Source: Smithellaceae bacterium
GTDB lineage: Bacteria > Desulfobacterota > Syntrophia > Syntrophales > Smithellaceae
Direction of reading: 5' to 3'
Assembly: GCA_963667845.2 (NCBI GenBank)
Contig: CAXXVL010000002.1
Coordinates: 3,328,001-3,392,000, forward strand
DNA length: 64,000 nt
The translations under genes and the position numbers were made by a program. Of this stretch, positions 1 to 11,140 are shown piece by piece; position 1 is the stretch's first letter, and each line of letters opens with the position of its first letter. Below the pieces are notes generated by a model. That model searched no databases. It saw only the letters and a list, made by a program, of their open reading frames with translations, and was not told the origin of the DNA.

Positions 1-338
1 ACGGAGGAGTTCAAGGCACAAGAAAAGATCAAGCTTATGGTGAAAAATTCTTCTATAAATGGTGGAAACGTGCCTGTGAGAATTTAAACGTTGAAGGTGT
101 TGATCTTTATGGCGGCACAAGACATTCTACTGTTCGAGCACTGAGAAAGCATTATTCCCCAGAACAGATTAAAGAAGCTGCAATGAGCAAAACAAACAAA
201 GCCTTTGAACGGTATCTTGGTCAGGCCGAAGATGATGATATTTTGTCAATTTATCGCAAAGGTGCTGAAGTGATACCGATCAAGGAAATTGATACCGGAT
301 TGATACCGCTTTTTGAAGGGCAAAAAAATACTAAGTAA
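1..338 (+). mobile_element. C-terminal part of a tyrosine recombinase/integrase (5'-truncated by the window edge)
   Basis: Manual translation of the frame starting at nt 3 gives ...KWWKRACENLNVEGVDLYGGTRHSTVRALRKHYSPEQIKEAAMSKTNKAFERYL...KNTK*, stop TAA 336-338. It has a box-II-like RH and a terminal RY with the putative catalytic Tyr, and ends 20 bp from the tmRNA 3' end. Not in the ORF track. Confidence 0.8.
271..308 (+). repeat. Three direct repeats TGATACCG, candidate integrase arm-type sites
   Basis: Copies at 271-278, 290-297 and 301-308, at the end of the int gene next to the presumed att site. Confidence 0.6.
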
Positions 339-358
339 CCGAAATTACTTAGCTTTTT
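322..358. terminator. Inverted repeat CTAAGTAA-N6-TTACTTAG with A/T runs on both sides; probable bidirectional terminator
   Basis: Arms at 331-338 and 345-352, between the convergent int and ssrA genes. Confidence 0.6.
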
Positions 359-710
359 TGGTGGAGGCGGCGGGAATTGAACCCGCGTCCGAAAACCTTC
401 CGCTGGAGCTTCTACGTGCGTAGCCTTCGTTTTAGAACCTTCACGCTGGTTTGCTCCCTAAGGCCGGATCTCACCGCGCTATCCTGTAAGTATTCGCCGC
501 CCTCCCCCAGGCAAAAAGTTTGGCTATCCTGTCTAAATGACGTCTTGCTCAGCCAACAGGAGAACCGAGTTCAACGTTAGCAGCCTAAGCTGCTAAAGCG
601 TAATCGTAGTTTTCTGCGATTATATGTTTCCTACCTGTTTAACGAGGCCTGTAGGAACCTCGGCACGCTTCTACAACTTCAAATGTCCCCGTCGAAACCG
701 TTACGCCCCC
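359..710 (-). ncRNA. ssrA: tmRNA; tag peptide AENYDYALAA* at 617-585
   Basis: 5' GGGGGCGTAACGGTTTCGAC and 3' GGGTTCAATTCCCGCCGCCTCCACCA give an Ala-type acceptor stem with G3:U. The tag ends in ALAA and smpB is nearby. Confidence 0.97.
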
Positions 711-731
711 CTTAAATTTTTATTTGACTTT

Positions 732-760
732 AATATAGTCGGCTATCGCCCTTTTGTCAA
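732..760 (-). promoter_or_regulatory. Sigma70-type promoter of ssrA
   Basis: TTGACA-N17-TATATT on the minus strand, just upstream of the tmRNA. Confidence 0.7.
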
Positions 761-901
761 AGGAAAGAAGCCGTACCGGATTTCCGCCTCTGAATCTCGT
801 CGCAATGACAAATGAAAATAAAGATATTTCTGTCATCTGAAATGACAAGGTCTTAATACTCCTGGTATTGCAATCATTCGATTTCCCGGTATCAACGTCC
901 T

Positions 902-1402
902 TCAGCATTGCACGCTGGATTCGTGTTTTTTCATCTCCTTTTTCTTTTCCGCAAGACGCATCTGTCTTCTCTCGGCTGCTTCGGTATTGCGATGTCTGTC
1001 CTCGTCACATTCTAAGATCAACGGAGGCAGTTGCACTGGTCGCTTGTTGGCATCGAGAGCCACAAAGGTCAGATACGCGGAACCGGTGTGGCGTTTCTCT
1101 CCCGTAATCGGATTTTCCGCTTCCACCCGAACCCCGACTTCCATCGATGTCCTTCCGACAAAATTTACCGACGCTTTCAAGGTCAGAAAATCGCCGATAT
1201 AAACGGGATGATGAAAATCCATCCGGTCAATAGACGCCGTTACCGTGTGGGCTCTTGCATGGCGCGTGGCCGCGATTCCTCCCGCTGTGTCAATCAGTTT
1301 CATGATATCGCCGCCGTGGACATTGCCGGCGGGATTGGCGTTTTCCGGGTTCATCGCCTGTCCCATGATCACGATGCTTTCGCTGACTTTTTTCCCTTCC
1401 AT
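902..1402 (-). CDS. Acyl-CoA thioesterase (hotdog fold, YciA-like)
   Basis: NPAGNVHGG...D, TASID and VGRTSMEVGV motifs. Start moved to ATG 1402, after a GAGGTG RBS. Confidence 0.9.
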   Translation of the reverse strand: MEGKKVSESIVIMGQAMNPENANPAGNVHGGDIMKLIDTAGGIAATRHARAHTVTASIDRMDFHHPVYIGDFLTLKASVNFVGRTSMEVGVRVEAENPITGEKRHTGSAYLTFVALDANKRPVQLPPLILECDEDRHRNTEAAERRQMRLAEKKKEMKKHESSVQC

Positions 1403-1484
1403 ATTTATCACCTCTGATTGCATTGCAAAGATAGCTACGACGGTAATTTAATACAAAACGCTTGGAAGTAAACGATCGAAAGAG

Positions 1485-1961
1485 TTAAATCTTGATCAAC
1501 TTGGACTTGAAGTCGCGTGCAATATCACGTCGTTCTTCGCGTTTTTTGATGTCCTCACGGCGGTCATGGAGTTTTTTGCCTTTGCCGATGCCGATTTCCA
1601 CTTTGACCATACCGTTTTTGAAATACAGCTTGAGCGGAACGAGTGCCAATCCTTTTTCCCGTGATTTGCCATATAGCTTGCGGATTTCGCGTCTGTGTAA
1701 AAGCAACTTGCGCGGTCGCAGAGGTTCATGATTGTAACGGTTACCGTGATCATAATGACTGATATGCATCTCACGCAGATAAACTTCGTCATCTTTGACG
1801 ACGGCGTAACTGTCTTTCAGGTTGGCTTTTCCGGCGCGCAAAGCCTTGACTTCCGTACCGGATAAAACAATACCGGCTTCGTACACATCGTCAATATCAT
1901 AATTGAGACGCGCCGTTTTGTTGGACGCGATCAGTCTTTGCGCTGTGTTTTCTTTAGCCAT
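1485..1961 (-). CDS. smpB: SsrA-binding protein
   Basis: [25 protein letters not shown] and GKKLHDRRE motifs. Confidence 0.98.
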   Translation of the reverse strand: MAKENTAQRLIASNKTARLNYDIDDVYEAGIVLSGTEVKALRAGKANLKDSYAVVKDDEVYLREMHISHYDHGNRYNHEPLRPRKLLLHRREIRKLYGKSREKGLALVPLKLYFKNGMVKVEIGIGKGKKLHDRREDIKKREERRDIARDFKSKLIKI

Positions 1962-1996
1962 AATTCAATTTTACCTTAATCCGGAATTAAAGCCAT

Positions 1997-2764
1997 TTAT
2001 TTTTTCGGCCAGGACGGTAAATAGTCCGGTTTTACATGGCTCATGGCTTTGAAAATATTATGCCTGATGTCCGGATTATCTCGCTCCAGTTCGTTTAAGA
2101 GTTTTTTCACATAGATCCTTTTGGAATTCTCACTGCTCGGGCATGCGTTCTTGACCGCCGGAAATTGTCGCTCACGGCTGTATTTTTTTACCAGCTCCTC
2201 GCGCAGGTAAGCCAGCGGACGGATAATATGCAGCTTGCCACCGAAGATGCTCTGATTAGGCATCATCGTACTGATTTCCCGCCCGTAAAACATATTGATC
2301 AGCAACGTTTCGATAATATCGTCACGGTGATGGGCAAAAGCAATCTTGTTGCAGCCTTTTTCCTCCGCGATTTCAAAAATTCTTTTGCGTCGCAGGCGCG
2401 AACACAGGAAGCAGGGATTCTTCCTGTTGAAATCCGAATGCGATATCAAACCGATATCCGTTTTTTCCATGACGTAAGGGTAATGATGTTCCTGAAAATA
2501 TTTCTCCAATTCCTGATAAGCAATGTAGTCGGGATCAAAACCCATGTCGATGTTAACGGCAATGAAAGAAAACCGGGGAACAAAGATCATTTTTGAATCC
2601 AGCAAATCGAGAAGAGCGTAACTGTCTGCACCACCGGAGACGCCAATCAACACCTGGTCTCCCTCTTCGATCATGGCATAATCCAGAACCGCCTTCTCCA
2701 GCCATTTTTTCATGTGCAAAAATAGCTTGGTATTTTTATCTTTCTTTGCAATTTCTGTCTGCAA
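1997..2764 (-). CDS. ttcA: tRNA 2-thiocytidine biosynthesis protein, TtcA family
   Basis: PP-loop SGGADS, CFLCSRLRR, HHRDD and IIRPL motifs. Confidence 0.85.
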   Translation of the reverse strand: MQTEIAKKDKNTKLFLHMKKWLEKAVLDYAMIEEGDQVLIGVSGGADSYALLDLLDSKMIFVPRFSFIAVNIDMGFDPDYIAYQELEKYFQEHHYPYVMEKTDIGLISHSDFNRKNPCFLCSRLRRKRIFEIAEEKGCNKIAFAHHRDDIIETLLINMFYGREISTMMPNQSIFGGKLHIIRPLAYLREELVKKYSRERQFPAVKNACPSSENSKRIYVKKLLNELERDNPDIRHNIFKAMSHVKPDYLPSWPKK

Positions 2765-2927
2765 ACCCTGGTGACTCCTCTTGATCTTAATAAAATCGGC
2801 TTACTTACTATCCGACTTGCTAAAAGTTATCAAGCAGGTTTGAATTAGATTCTGGGTTCAGCTGCTGTTGAGAGCTACAGGGTACAGTGCGTATTGAATC
2901 CATGGCTTGGGAATCTTCAATATCGCC

Positions 2928-4299
<1,372 letters not shown>

Positions 4300-4306
4300 T
4301 CCAATC

Positions 4307-4342
4307 CATAGAGTGACACCCCGCAACGGGTGTCACTCTATG
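4307..4342 (+). terminator. Stem-loop after eno
   Basis: 15-bp inverted repeat CATAGAGTGACACCC / GGGTGTCACTCTATG. Confidence 0.7.
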
Positions 4343-4548
4343 TTCAGCCCTCGAATCATCAGGAATAATCCTCTCAAAAGCTGCCAAACCCCAATTCTTT
4401 GAATTCATGTATCGCAGGTCACTGACCAAACAATCGTATGCGCAGATATAGATATCGTACGATGGTTATAGGAATTCTTATTCGGGTTGGATTGACATAT
4501 TGAATGTAAAGATGCGGGGTCTTCCGGTCAAAGACGGTGCGTTTCGTT

Positions 4549-5349
4549 ATGAGAAAAGCAAACTTCTTACTAAAGTCTACCCTCGCCATTGTTCTGAGTC
4601 TGGTGTCCGTCGCAGTCTCTGCCCACGAGACGGCAGCAAACCGGGACACAGAAAATATATTCATCCAGGGCATTCAGCAGATGCCGGTGGCACATGCTTT
4701 TTTGACGGAAACATCGGCAGACTCACGTGGACAAAAACCATTTAATGCCCGTGTCTGGAATCAAGGTGTCACACTGGAATCTGCTGCCGCAGATATTCCT
4801 TCTTCTATATTCTGTTTGGGACAAACAGAATTGCTGCAAAGGGCCGCCGGATTTACACAGCATATTTTTTCTTTCCATCCGATGATCGCCGGGGGCAAAT
4901 ATCCTTATTTGCAGGATATTTTCACATTTATTAGTCTGAATACTTTACTTTCCTCTCATTCAACCGTTATGGGTGACATCAGAGGCAGTACAAAATTATA
5001 TGATTTATTGAAACTGCCGGGTGCTTTTGATATCGGCGGAGATTTGAGATTGGCACCGGATCACATAGCAAATTACGGCAGAAACGGTGAAGAAGCGTCT
5101 GGCCTGACTCCCTATAACGATCCTGCCCTGAAGCCATTTATCCACAATCCGTTTCATGACACTGCGATATCGATTTATCTGCCGATCAGCGTATCTCAAT
5201 CCTTGATAATTGCACCAGCCATTACCTATGCTTTTTCAACAAATAATACGAATAATCAGGAATTCAAGGGGAAAGGTCTCGTTAACAACTTGATTGATAA
5301 AGACAGCGCCATTATTTATGGCGGAATCCATTTAAAATATTCTTTTTAA
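4549..5349 (+). CDS. Secreted hypothetical protein, possible outer-membrane beta-barrel
   Basis: Signal peptide ending VSA and C-terminal amphipathic strand IYGGIHLKYSF ending in Phe. Start at 4537 or 4549. Confidence 0.55.
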   Translation: MRKANFLLKSTLAIVLSLVSVAVSAHETAANRDTENIFIQGIQQMPVAHAFLTETSADSRGQKPFNARVWNQGVTLESAAADIPSSIFCLGQTELLQRAAGFTQHIFSFHPMIAGGKYPYLQDIFTFISLNTLLSSHSTVMGDIRGSTKLYDLLKLPGAFDIGGDLRLAPDHIANYGRNGEEASGLTPYNDPALKPFIHNPFHDTAISIYLPISVSQSLIIAPAITYAFSTNNTNNQEFKGKGLVNNLIDKDSAIIYGGIHLKYSF

Positions 5350-5359
5350 AAAAAGAAGG

Positions 5360-8044
5360 CTAAAGAAACTTGAAGAGCCGGCGGCGAAGAACTTCCAGTT
5401 GCGCGCGGTTGTCCGTCAGGGTGTATGTAAGTTCCCGCTTCCCGCCTTTTTCTTCTCCGGTCTGTGAAATAATCAGCTCCGCATCTTCCATAAATTTGAT
5501 GGCATTGAGATAGTTGGCCTGGGACAAAGCTTCGGCGCGCAGGATTTCCCCCGTGCGGAACATCCTGTCGCCCAGCGGACGAATTTTGGTCAGCCATTCC
5601 CGTTGCGTGAGCGGCTTCTTCTTAAGATACACCAGGCTGCGAATAACGATCCAGCACGACTCCAGGTAGTTGTGAATGAGTCCCGCAAACGGCCTGAGTT
5701 TGGCGCCACCCCGGCTTTTGATCTCCACCCATACATCCCCGTCGCGCTCCGCCGTCACAATCATGGATCGGTTATGAAGATAGGCGAGAACATCGTTGAC
5801 TTCCTCCACGTCGTCCCGCGTCTCGTCAAAGATGAACTCATTCCATAAAAGCCATTTCAGAAATTTGTAATCCCCCATGATCTTCGCTAATGACATGGTG
5901 TCTTCATGATGATTGACCATCGATGTTGCCACAAAGCAGATCGGAATGAAAAAATGCAGTATGTTGTTTTTGTAATATTCCAGATTCAACCGCTTGGCGT
6001 CGGTCAGGGAATAAACGATTTCCTGCATCTCCTCTTCTTCTTCGTCGGCCTCAACTTTGGAGATAATATCCGTCGAATCGAAAATATTCAGTGCGTCGAT
6101 AATCGCCCGGTCGCGGTGTGCAAATGTGGCGGCAAATTTTACCTGCCGGGTAGATAGATATTCATAGAATTCGCTCAGGATGCCGTTCAGCTCGTCATGG
6201 GAAATGCCGCGACGGTCGTGGCTTAACAGACCCGAGGCCACCAGGGAAAAAGGCGTGACCACAGAAACCTTATTGATCTCCAGGACGACTTCATAACCGA
6301 TCTTCCGGTAAAGGCTTTGACGCTCGTCGAGCGTCATCCGGTCCATGGGTTTTTCCTGAGCATCAAGATAGTCCTTCATGATAATCGGTTCACCGATATT
6401 GATATAAACCCGTCCATAGCGTTTGCGCAGGATTTTGGTGGTTCTAATAATCTCGGCCGTATTTTCCTGGACCTTTGGCGCACCGGCCAGCTCGTTCAGG
6501 TAGGAGCGTTCCTCAATGACCCTGTCGTAACCGATATAAACGGGGACAGCCGCCAGGTTCTCGCAATACTTATCCTGATAGGCCTGAATAATCATCGACA
6601 GCAAGCCATATTTGGGCATGACCATTTTCCCGGTCCGGCTTCTGCCGCCTTCGATAAAGAATTCAAGCGGAAGTCCCTCGTGAAGAAGCGTCGCCATATA
6701 CTTGGCAAAGACTTCTCCGTAAATTTCATTGCCTCGAAAACTGCGCCTGAGAAAGAAGGCACCGGATCGGCGAAAAATATATCCCAACGGGAAAAAAGAC
6801 AGATTGTTGCCCGCAGCGATAAACGGCAATTGAATATTATTTTTATAAAAGATGTAGGAAAGCAGCAAATAATCAATATGACTGCGATGACAGGAGATGA
6901 TGACGAAAGGCATTTTTTTGGACAAATTACGAATCTTGGCCAGCCCCTCCGAATCAACGGACAGGCCGTCATAAACCGTATTCCAAAGCCACGTCAGAGC
7001 CTTCAGCCATATTTCAATAAATGTCTCCTGGTAATCCGCTGCAATTTCGAAAAGGTAACGGCGGGCCTCTTTTGCAACGCTTAGCCTGTCCCTTTTTGTT
7101 TTCTGGGCAAACTCGTCCATGAAACGGTTGAGGTTCGGATCATGCATCACCATGCCGATGAGCTCGTCGCGCGATTTTAACGCAGGTCCGACGACTGCCG
7201 TCTTCTCTTCTTCAATGCGATCAATTAGCTCGCCACGCAATTCATGAATCAATTCGTCTTTGGTGAGATTCTTTGTTGTCGATAAGTATTCCGTGAGATT
7301 AATCGGCTCCGCCGGAATCACAAAAGCCTGTTTTGAATAACGGATAAACGTAACCAAACGCCTCAGTGTGCCGGTATGCTCCATCTGCCCGAAAAGGATA
7401 TTGAAGAGGCTTTCGTCTTCTTTCTCCCTGCGCCGTCCGTATGCAACCAGAACCGGCACAATGAAGATAGGAAAGGAGACTTCGCTCTGCAGGCTGATCA
7501 GACTGGCGATTGCATCCTGGGCGGACCGGCTTTCAATAAACTCAGATTCTCCAAGGTGAATAATAATGCTTTCCTGATCGGCAACTTTTCTTTTCAGAAA
7601 ATCCAGTTTGCCCTGCCTTGTGACTTGGTCTCTGCGGAAGCGGCGCAAAAAGGATGACCAGTAGAACTTAAGCATTTTGGACAGAGGCTGCCAAAAAGAC
7701 ATATTCACGCCATGACTATATACCGGCATGGGCAGACCTTTACGGCCGGCTATTTCGGAGATGATCAGACTGTTGAGCTTGCTTCTCTGTTTAATGGCAT
7801 AGATAATAACGCCTTCCCGGGCAAGCTTCTGGAGAGCACTGACCTCCTCTTCAGCGATGGATACCCGAGAAAGATAAGCCTTCGCCGGCCGAAAACGCCA
7901 GAAATCCTGCCGTGCGTAAATACAGCCTGAATAATATTCATCTTCGTGCTGCCGGTTGTCGGGTGGCGTTCTTTTATATGCCCCAAAACTTTCGCGCAAG
8001 CTATCTTCATGCTGATGGGCATCTGTAGGTGTTTTTTTACTCAT
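5360..8044 (-). CDS. plsB: Glycerol-3-phosphate O-acyltransferase (PlsB/GPAT family)
   Basis: HRSHIDY (HxxxxD), GAFFLRR and FFIEGGRSRTGK motifs; 894 aa. Confidence 0.88.
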   Translation of the reverse strand: MSKKTPTDAHQHEDSLRESFGAYKRTPPDNRQHEDEYYSGCIYARQDFWRFRPAKAYLSRVSIAEEEVSALQKLAREGVIIYAIKQRSKLNSLIISEIAGRKGLPMPVYSHGVNMSFWQPLSKMLKFYWSSFLRRFRRDQVTRQGKLDFLKRKVADQESIIIHLGESEFIESRSAQDAIASLISLQSEVSFPIFIVPVLVAYGRRREKEDESLFNILFGQMEHTGTLRRLVTFIRYSKQAFVIPAEPINLTEYLSTTKNLTKDELIHELRGELIDRIEEEKTAVVGPALKSRDELIGMVMHDPNLNRFMDEFAQKTKRDRLSVAKEARRYLFEIAADYQETFIEIWLKALTWLWNTVYDGLSVDSEGLAKIRNLSKKMPFVIISCHRSHIDYLLLSYIFYKNNIQLPFIAAGNNLSFFPLGYIFRRSGAFFLRRSFRGNEIYGEVFAKYMATLLHEGLPLEFFIEGGRSRTGKMVMPKYGLLSMIIQAYQDKYCENLAAVPVYIGYDRVIEERSYLNELAGAPKVQENTAEIIRTTKILRKRYGRVYINIGEPIIMKDYLDAQEKPMDRMTLDERQSLYRKIGYEVVLEINKVSVVTPFSLVASGLLSHDRRGISHDELNGILSEFYEYLSTRQVKFAATFAHRDRAIIDALNIFDSTDIISKVEADEEEEEMQEIVYSLTDAKRLNLEYYKNNILHFFIPICFVATSMVNHHEDTMSLAKIMGDYKFLKWLLWNEFIFDETRDDVEEVNDVLAYLHNRSMIVTAERDGDVWVEIKSRGGAKLRPFAGLIHNYLESCWIVIRSLVYLKKKPLTQREWLTKIRPLGDRMFRTGEILRAEALSQANYLNAIKFMEDAELIISQTGEEKGGKRELTYTLTDNRAQLEVLRRRLFKFL

Positions 8045-8092
8045 AAATAATCCGATTTCTTCCGTTAAGGGGATTCGTGATAAGAGTTGGAA

Positions 8093-9877
8093 TTATGGTT
8101 CCTTCTTCTGAAATTCATCCGGAAATCGGCCATTCATATAATCCTGGACGAAAGCCCGTACGTCTATGGCATTATTAAAAGACATCGCCTGTTTCAGAAG
8201 TTCCCTGGATTCCGAAAGTGTGGATTGCTGCACAATACGCTTAATGCGGGGAATTGCCAGATGATTCATACTCAGTTCATCCAGTCGCATCCCTAGGAGG
8301 ATCAGACAGCAAAGAGGATCTCCGGCCATTTCACCGCACATGGCCACGCGAATTTTTGCTTCATGCGCTTCGTCAACTACCTTTTTGATCAATCTCAAAA
8401 CAGCCGGGTGCAGAGGTTCATAAAGATAGGTGACTCTTTCATTGGAACGATCAATAGCGAGCGAGTACTGAATTAAATCGTTGGTGCCGATACTGAAATA
8501 GTCAACTTCCTGCGCCAGCTTATCGGCAATGACGGCGGCCGCAGGGACTTCGATCATCGCTCCGATTTCCATCCGGTCGGCGATCGGCACACCTTCCGCC
8601 AAAAGTTCCTGACGGGTTTCTTCGAGCAGTCGTTTGGCCTCACGAATTTCCTCGATGCCTGATATCATCGGAAAAAGAATCTTAACGGTGCCCAGGGCAC
8701 TCGTGCGCCAGATGGCTCTCAACTGCGTTTTGAATATTTCGTTTTCTTTGAGGCAAAACCGGATGGCCCGAAGACCCATTTGCGGGTTTAACTCTTTTAC
8801 CTGTTTTTGATATTTTGTAAATTTGTCACCGCCTAAATCAAATGTGCGAATGGTTGCCCACTGTAAATTCTTCTCCGCTACGACCTGACGGTAATTATTG
8901 AAGTGGTCTTCCTCCGTCGGCAATTCATCCCGATAGATGTATAGGAATTCCGTCCTGTAGAGTCCGATGTGTTCTGCTCCATGTATGATCGCCGAAGGGA
9001 TCTCTTCAATAAACTCGATATTGGAACCAATGTGAACATGGTAATGATCCAGCGTCGTCGCCGGCAGTTTTGCATATTTGAGATACTCGTCTTTGGCATC
9101 ATCATAGTGACGCTTTTTTTCCTCATAGCGCTTCATCATGTCGGGATAAGGATTGACCACCACGAGGCCCGATGTGCCGTCCACAATGATTTCATCACCG
9201 GTTCGGACAAAACGCGTCACATTATCCAACCCGACAACAGCCGGCAACTCCATGGAACGGGCTACGATGGCGGTATGGGAGGTGCGCCCGCCGCTGTCCG
9301 TCGCAAAACCGACAATTTTATCGAGTTTCATCTGGGCCGTATCAGCCGGGGACAGATCGTGCGCTACAATAACCACTCCTCCGCGGCCCACTTCCCAGAC
9401 AATTTCATGTTTTTCCCCGCTCAGATTACGCAGGATTCGCTGAACAACATACTGCACATCGCTGATGCGGCCGCTGATATAAATATCATCCAAGCCCTCA
9501 AAGACCTGCTTGTAGTGATCCAGCGTCATGCGCACGGCCCATTCGGCGTTGACGCCCAATCGACGGATATACTTGATTGTGCGGTTGATAAACTTCTTAT
9601 CCGACAAGAGCAAAATATGGACGTCAATAATATAAAGAGGTTCGGTTACTTTTGTCTTCTTGAGGTTTTCCTGAATATCCAGAAGCTGTTGGGATGAGTC
9701 TTTCAGCGCCTTCTTGAACCGCTCGATTTCATGAGGAATCAATTCGTCGTTATTAAGTTTGTAAAAAGAGATCTGGGCATCCAGCGGATCAAAACGGTAG
9801 ACTTTCCCGATAACAATGCCGGGAGAAACACCGATTCCCTTAAGAACAAAGGTTTTTTTTCCTTGATCAGCCGTCAT
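8093..9877 (-). CDS. ptsI: PTS enzyme I
   Basis: GGRTSHTAI phospho-His motif, GLYRTEFL, FSIGTNDLIQY and CGEMAGD. Confidence 0.96.
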   Translation of the reverse strand: MTADQGKKTFVLKGIGVSPGIVIGKVYRFDPLDAQISFYKLNNDELIPHEIERFKKALKDSSQQLLDIQENLKKTKVTEPLYIIDVHILLLSDKKFINRTIKYIRRLGVNAEWAVRMTLDHYKQVFEGLDDIYISGRISDVQYVVQRILRNLSGEKHEIVWEVGRGGVVIVAHDLSPADTAQMKLDKIVGFATDSGGRTSHTAIVARSMELPAVVGLDNVTRFVRTGDEIIVDGTSGLVVVNPYPDMMKRYEEKKRHYDDAKDEYLKYAKLPATTLDHYHVHIGSNIEFIEEIPSAIIHGAEHIGLYRTEFLYIYRDELPTEEDHFNNYRQVVAEKNLQWATIRTFDLGGDKFTKYQKQVKELNPQMGLRAIRFCLKENEIFKTQLRAIWRTSALGTVKILFPMISGIEEIREAKRLLEETRQELLAEGVPIADRMEIGAMIEVPAAAVIADKLAQEVDYFSIGTNDLIQYSLAIDRSNERVTYLYEPLHPAVLRLIKKVVDEAHEAKIRVAMCGEMAGDPLCCLILLGMRLDELSMNHLAIPRIKRIVQQSTLSESRELLKQAMSFNNAIDVRAFVQDYMNGRFPDEFQKKEP

Positions 9878-9885
9878 GGGATGAT

Positions 9886-10146
9886 TTAGTCTTCTCCAAA
9901 TTTATTTTCAATCAATGCTTCGATCTCATCGAGCGCTTGCGCCGCATCAACGCCTTCTGCCCTTACTGTTATCATACCGCCCATCGGGCAGGCAAGCGTC
10001 AAAATTCCTAAAATACTCTTTCCATTAACGGTTTGACCGTTACGTTCAATAAATATATTCGCACGATACTTCTGCGCAATGCGGACAAAAGATGCAGCCG
10101 CACGCGCATGCATTCCCAGTTTATTTTTTAATTTAAAAGTTTTCAT
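9886..10146 (-). CDS. ptsH: HPr phosphocarrier
   Basis: GMHARAA (His15) and NGKSILGIL (Ser46). The ATG overlaps the IID stop codon. Confidence 0.95.
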   Translation of the reverse strand: MKTFKLKNKLGMHARAAASFVRIAQKYRANIFIERNGQTVNGKSILGILTLACPMGGMITVRAEGVDAAQALDEIEALIENKFGED

Positions 10147-10904
10147 TTCCAACACGTCAAGAAATCTCTCACGGAAAATATTAGAAACAGAGCTACCGTT
10201 CCATATAGAATATAAATTTGCGATATGCCTTTCTTAATCATGAACCAGCAAGCCAGAACAATAACCAGCCCCGCCGATACCACAAGAAGCCTTGGTATTT
10301 CCGTCCCTGCAGAATACCCGTCCCTTAAAAGCAATGCCCCAAAGCCTGACAGCACGGCCAGAGACAGCCATCGGACGCGGACGGCCGCGCGCGGTAAATC
10401 AATTCTGCGGATGAATTCAATTCCCTGTTTTCCCCGCTTGTATCCTTCGATGAAACCCTTCACTCTGACCCAGACATGCGCCGGCGCAAAGACTGCAACA
10501 AATGCCAATGGCGCCAGGATCAAGCCTATCCAGGCCAGGCCGGCCGAAATAATGCCGGCACAGGGTCTCAGCGCACCCCAGAAAAATGTATCACCGATCG
10601 CCGCATAAGGCCCCATCAGACTTTGTTTGACCACTATGATGGGAGAGGCATCGCCTTCGTCCGGCCGCTCTTCTTCCATACGGACGATTGAGCCGATGAG
10701 CGGTGTCGATAAATAAGGGTGCGTGTTAAACATTTGCAAATGTCTGGTAAGGAATGCTTCTTCATCCTTTCCGGACAATTTTCGTTCACGCAGAAGAGGA
10801 ATTATCGCATACGCAAAACCAAGGTTTTGCATCCGTCTAAAGTTTAGGGCGGCGTGAATGAAAAGAGATCTCCAGAATATTTTAATTAAAGATCCTCTTC
10901 TCAT
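10143..10904 (-). CDS. PTS mannose/fructose/sorbose family IID component
   Basis: RMQNLGF, FNTHPY and GPYAAIGDTFFW motifs. Confidence 0.9.
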   Translation of the reverse strand: MRRGSLIKIFWRSLFIHAALNFRRMQNLGFAYAIIPLLRERKLSGKDEEAFLTRHLQMFNTHPYLSTPLIGSIVRMEEERPDEGDASPIIVVKQSLMGPYAAIGDTFFWGALRPCAGIISAGLAWIGLILAPLAFVAVFAPAHVWVRVKGFIEGYKRGKQGIEFIRRIDLPRAAVRVRWLSLAVLSGFGALLLRDGYSAGTEIPRLLVVSAGLVIVLACWFMIKKGISQIYILYGTVALFLIFSVRDFLTCWK

Positions 10905-10958
10905 TTTACGGCCTCGGATGCATCTATCTCGATTATATTCCCTTTTTATGTGCCGAAG

Positions 10959-10987
10959 GAACTAACACAAATGGCTATCTAAGTCAA
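10959..10987 (-). promoter_or_regulatory. Putative promoter of IID-HPr-EI
   Basis: TTGACT-N17-TAGTTC with extended TG. Confidence 0.45.
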
Positions 10988-11140
10988 TTTAATCAGAGAA
11001 ACATATTCATCAGATAACAGCCGCAAAACACTGCCTGTGACTGACGAATGTTATTTCTCACGTTGTTTTGTTTATTATCATATAGTATAAGCGTCAATCT
11101 TTTCCAATCACTGTTAATTTAAATCAGGGAGATATATCTC

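Noticed and set aside
377..815. Short ORFs 377-580 and 624-815
   Set aside because: They are antisense to the tmRNA and its promoter and have no protein-like features.
775..850. REP-like remnant (…TCGCAATGACA; TGTCAT-N5-ATGACA)
   Set aside because: It is degenerate and single-copy in this window, so it cannot be supported.
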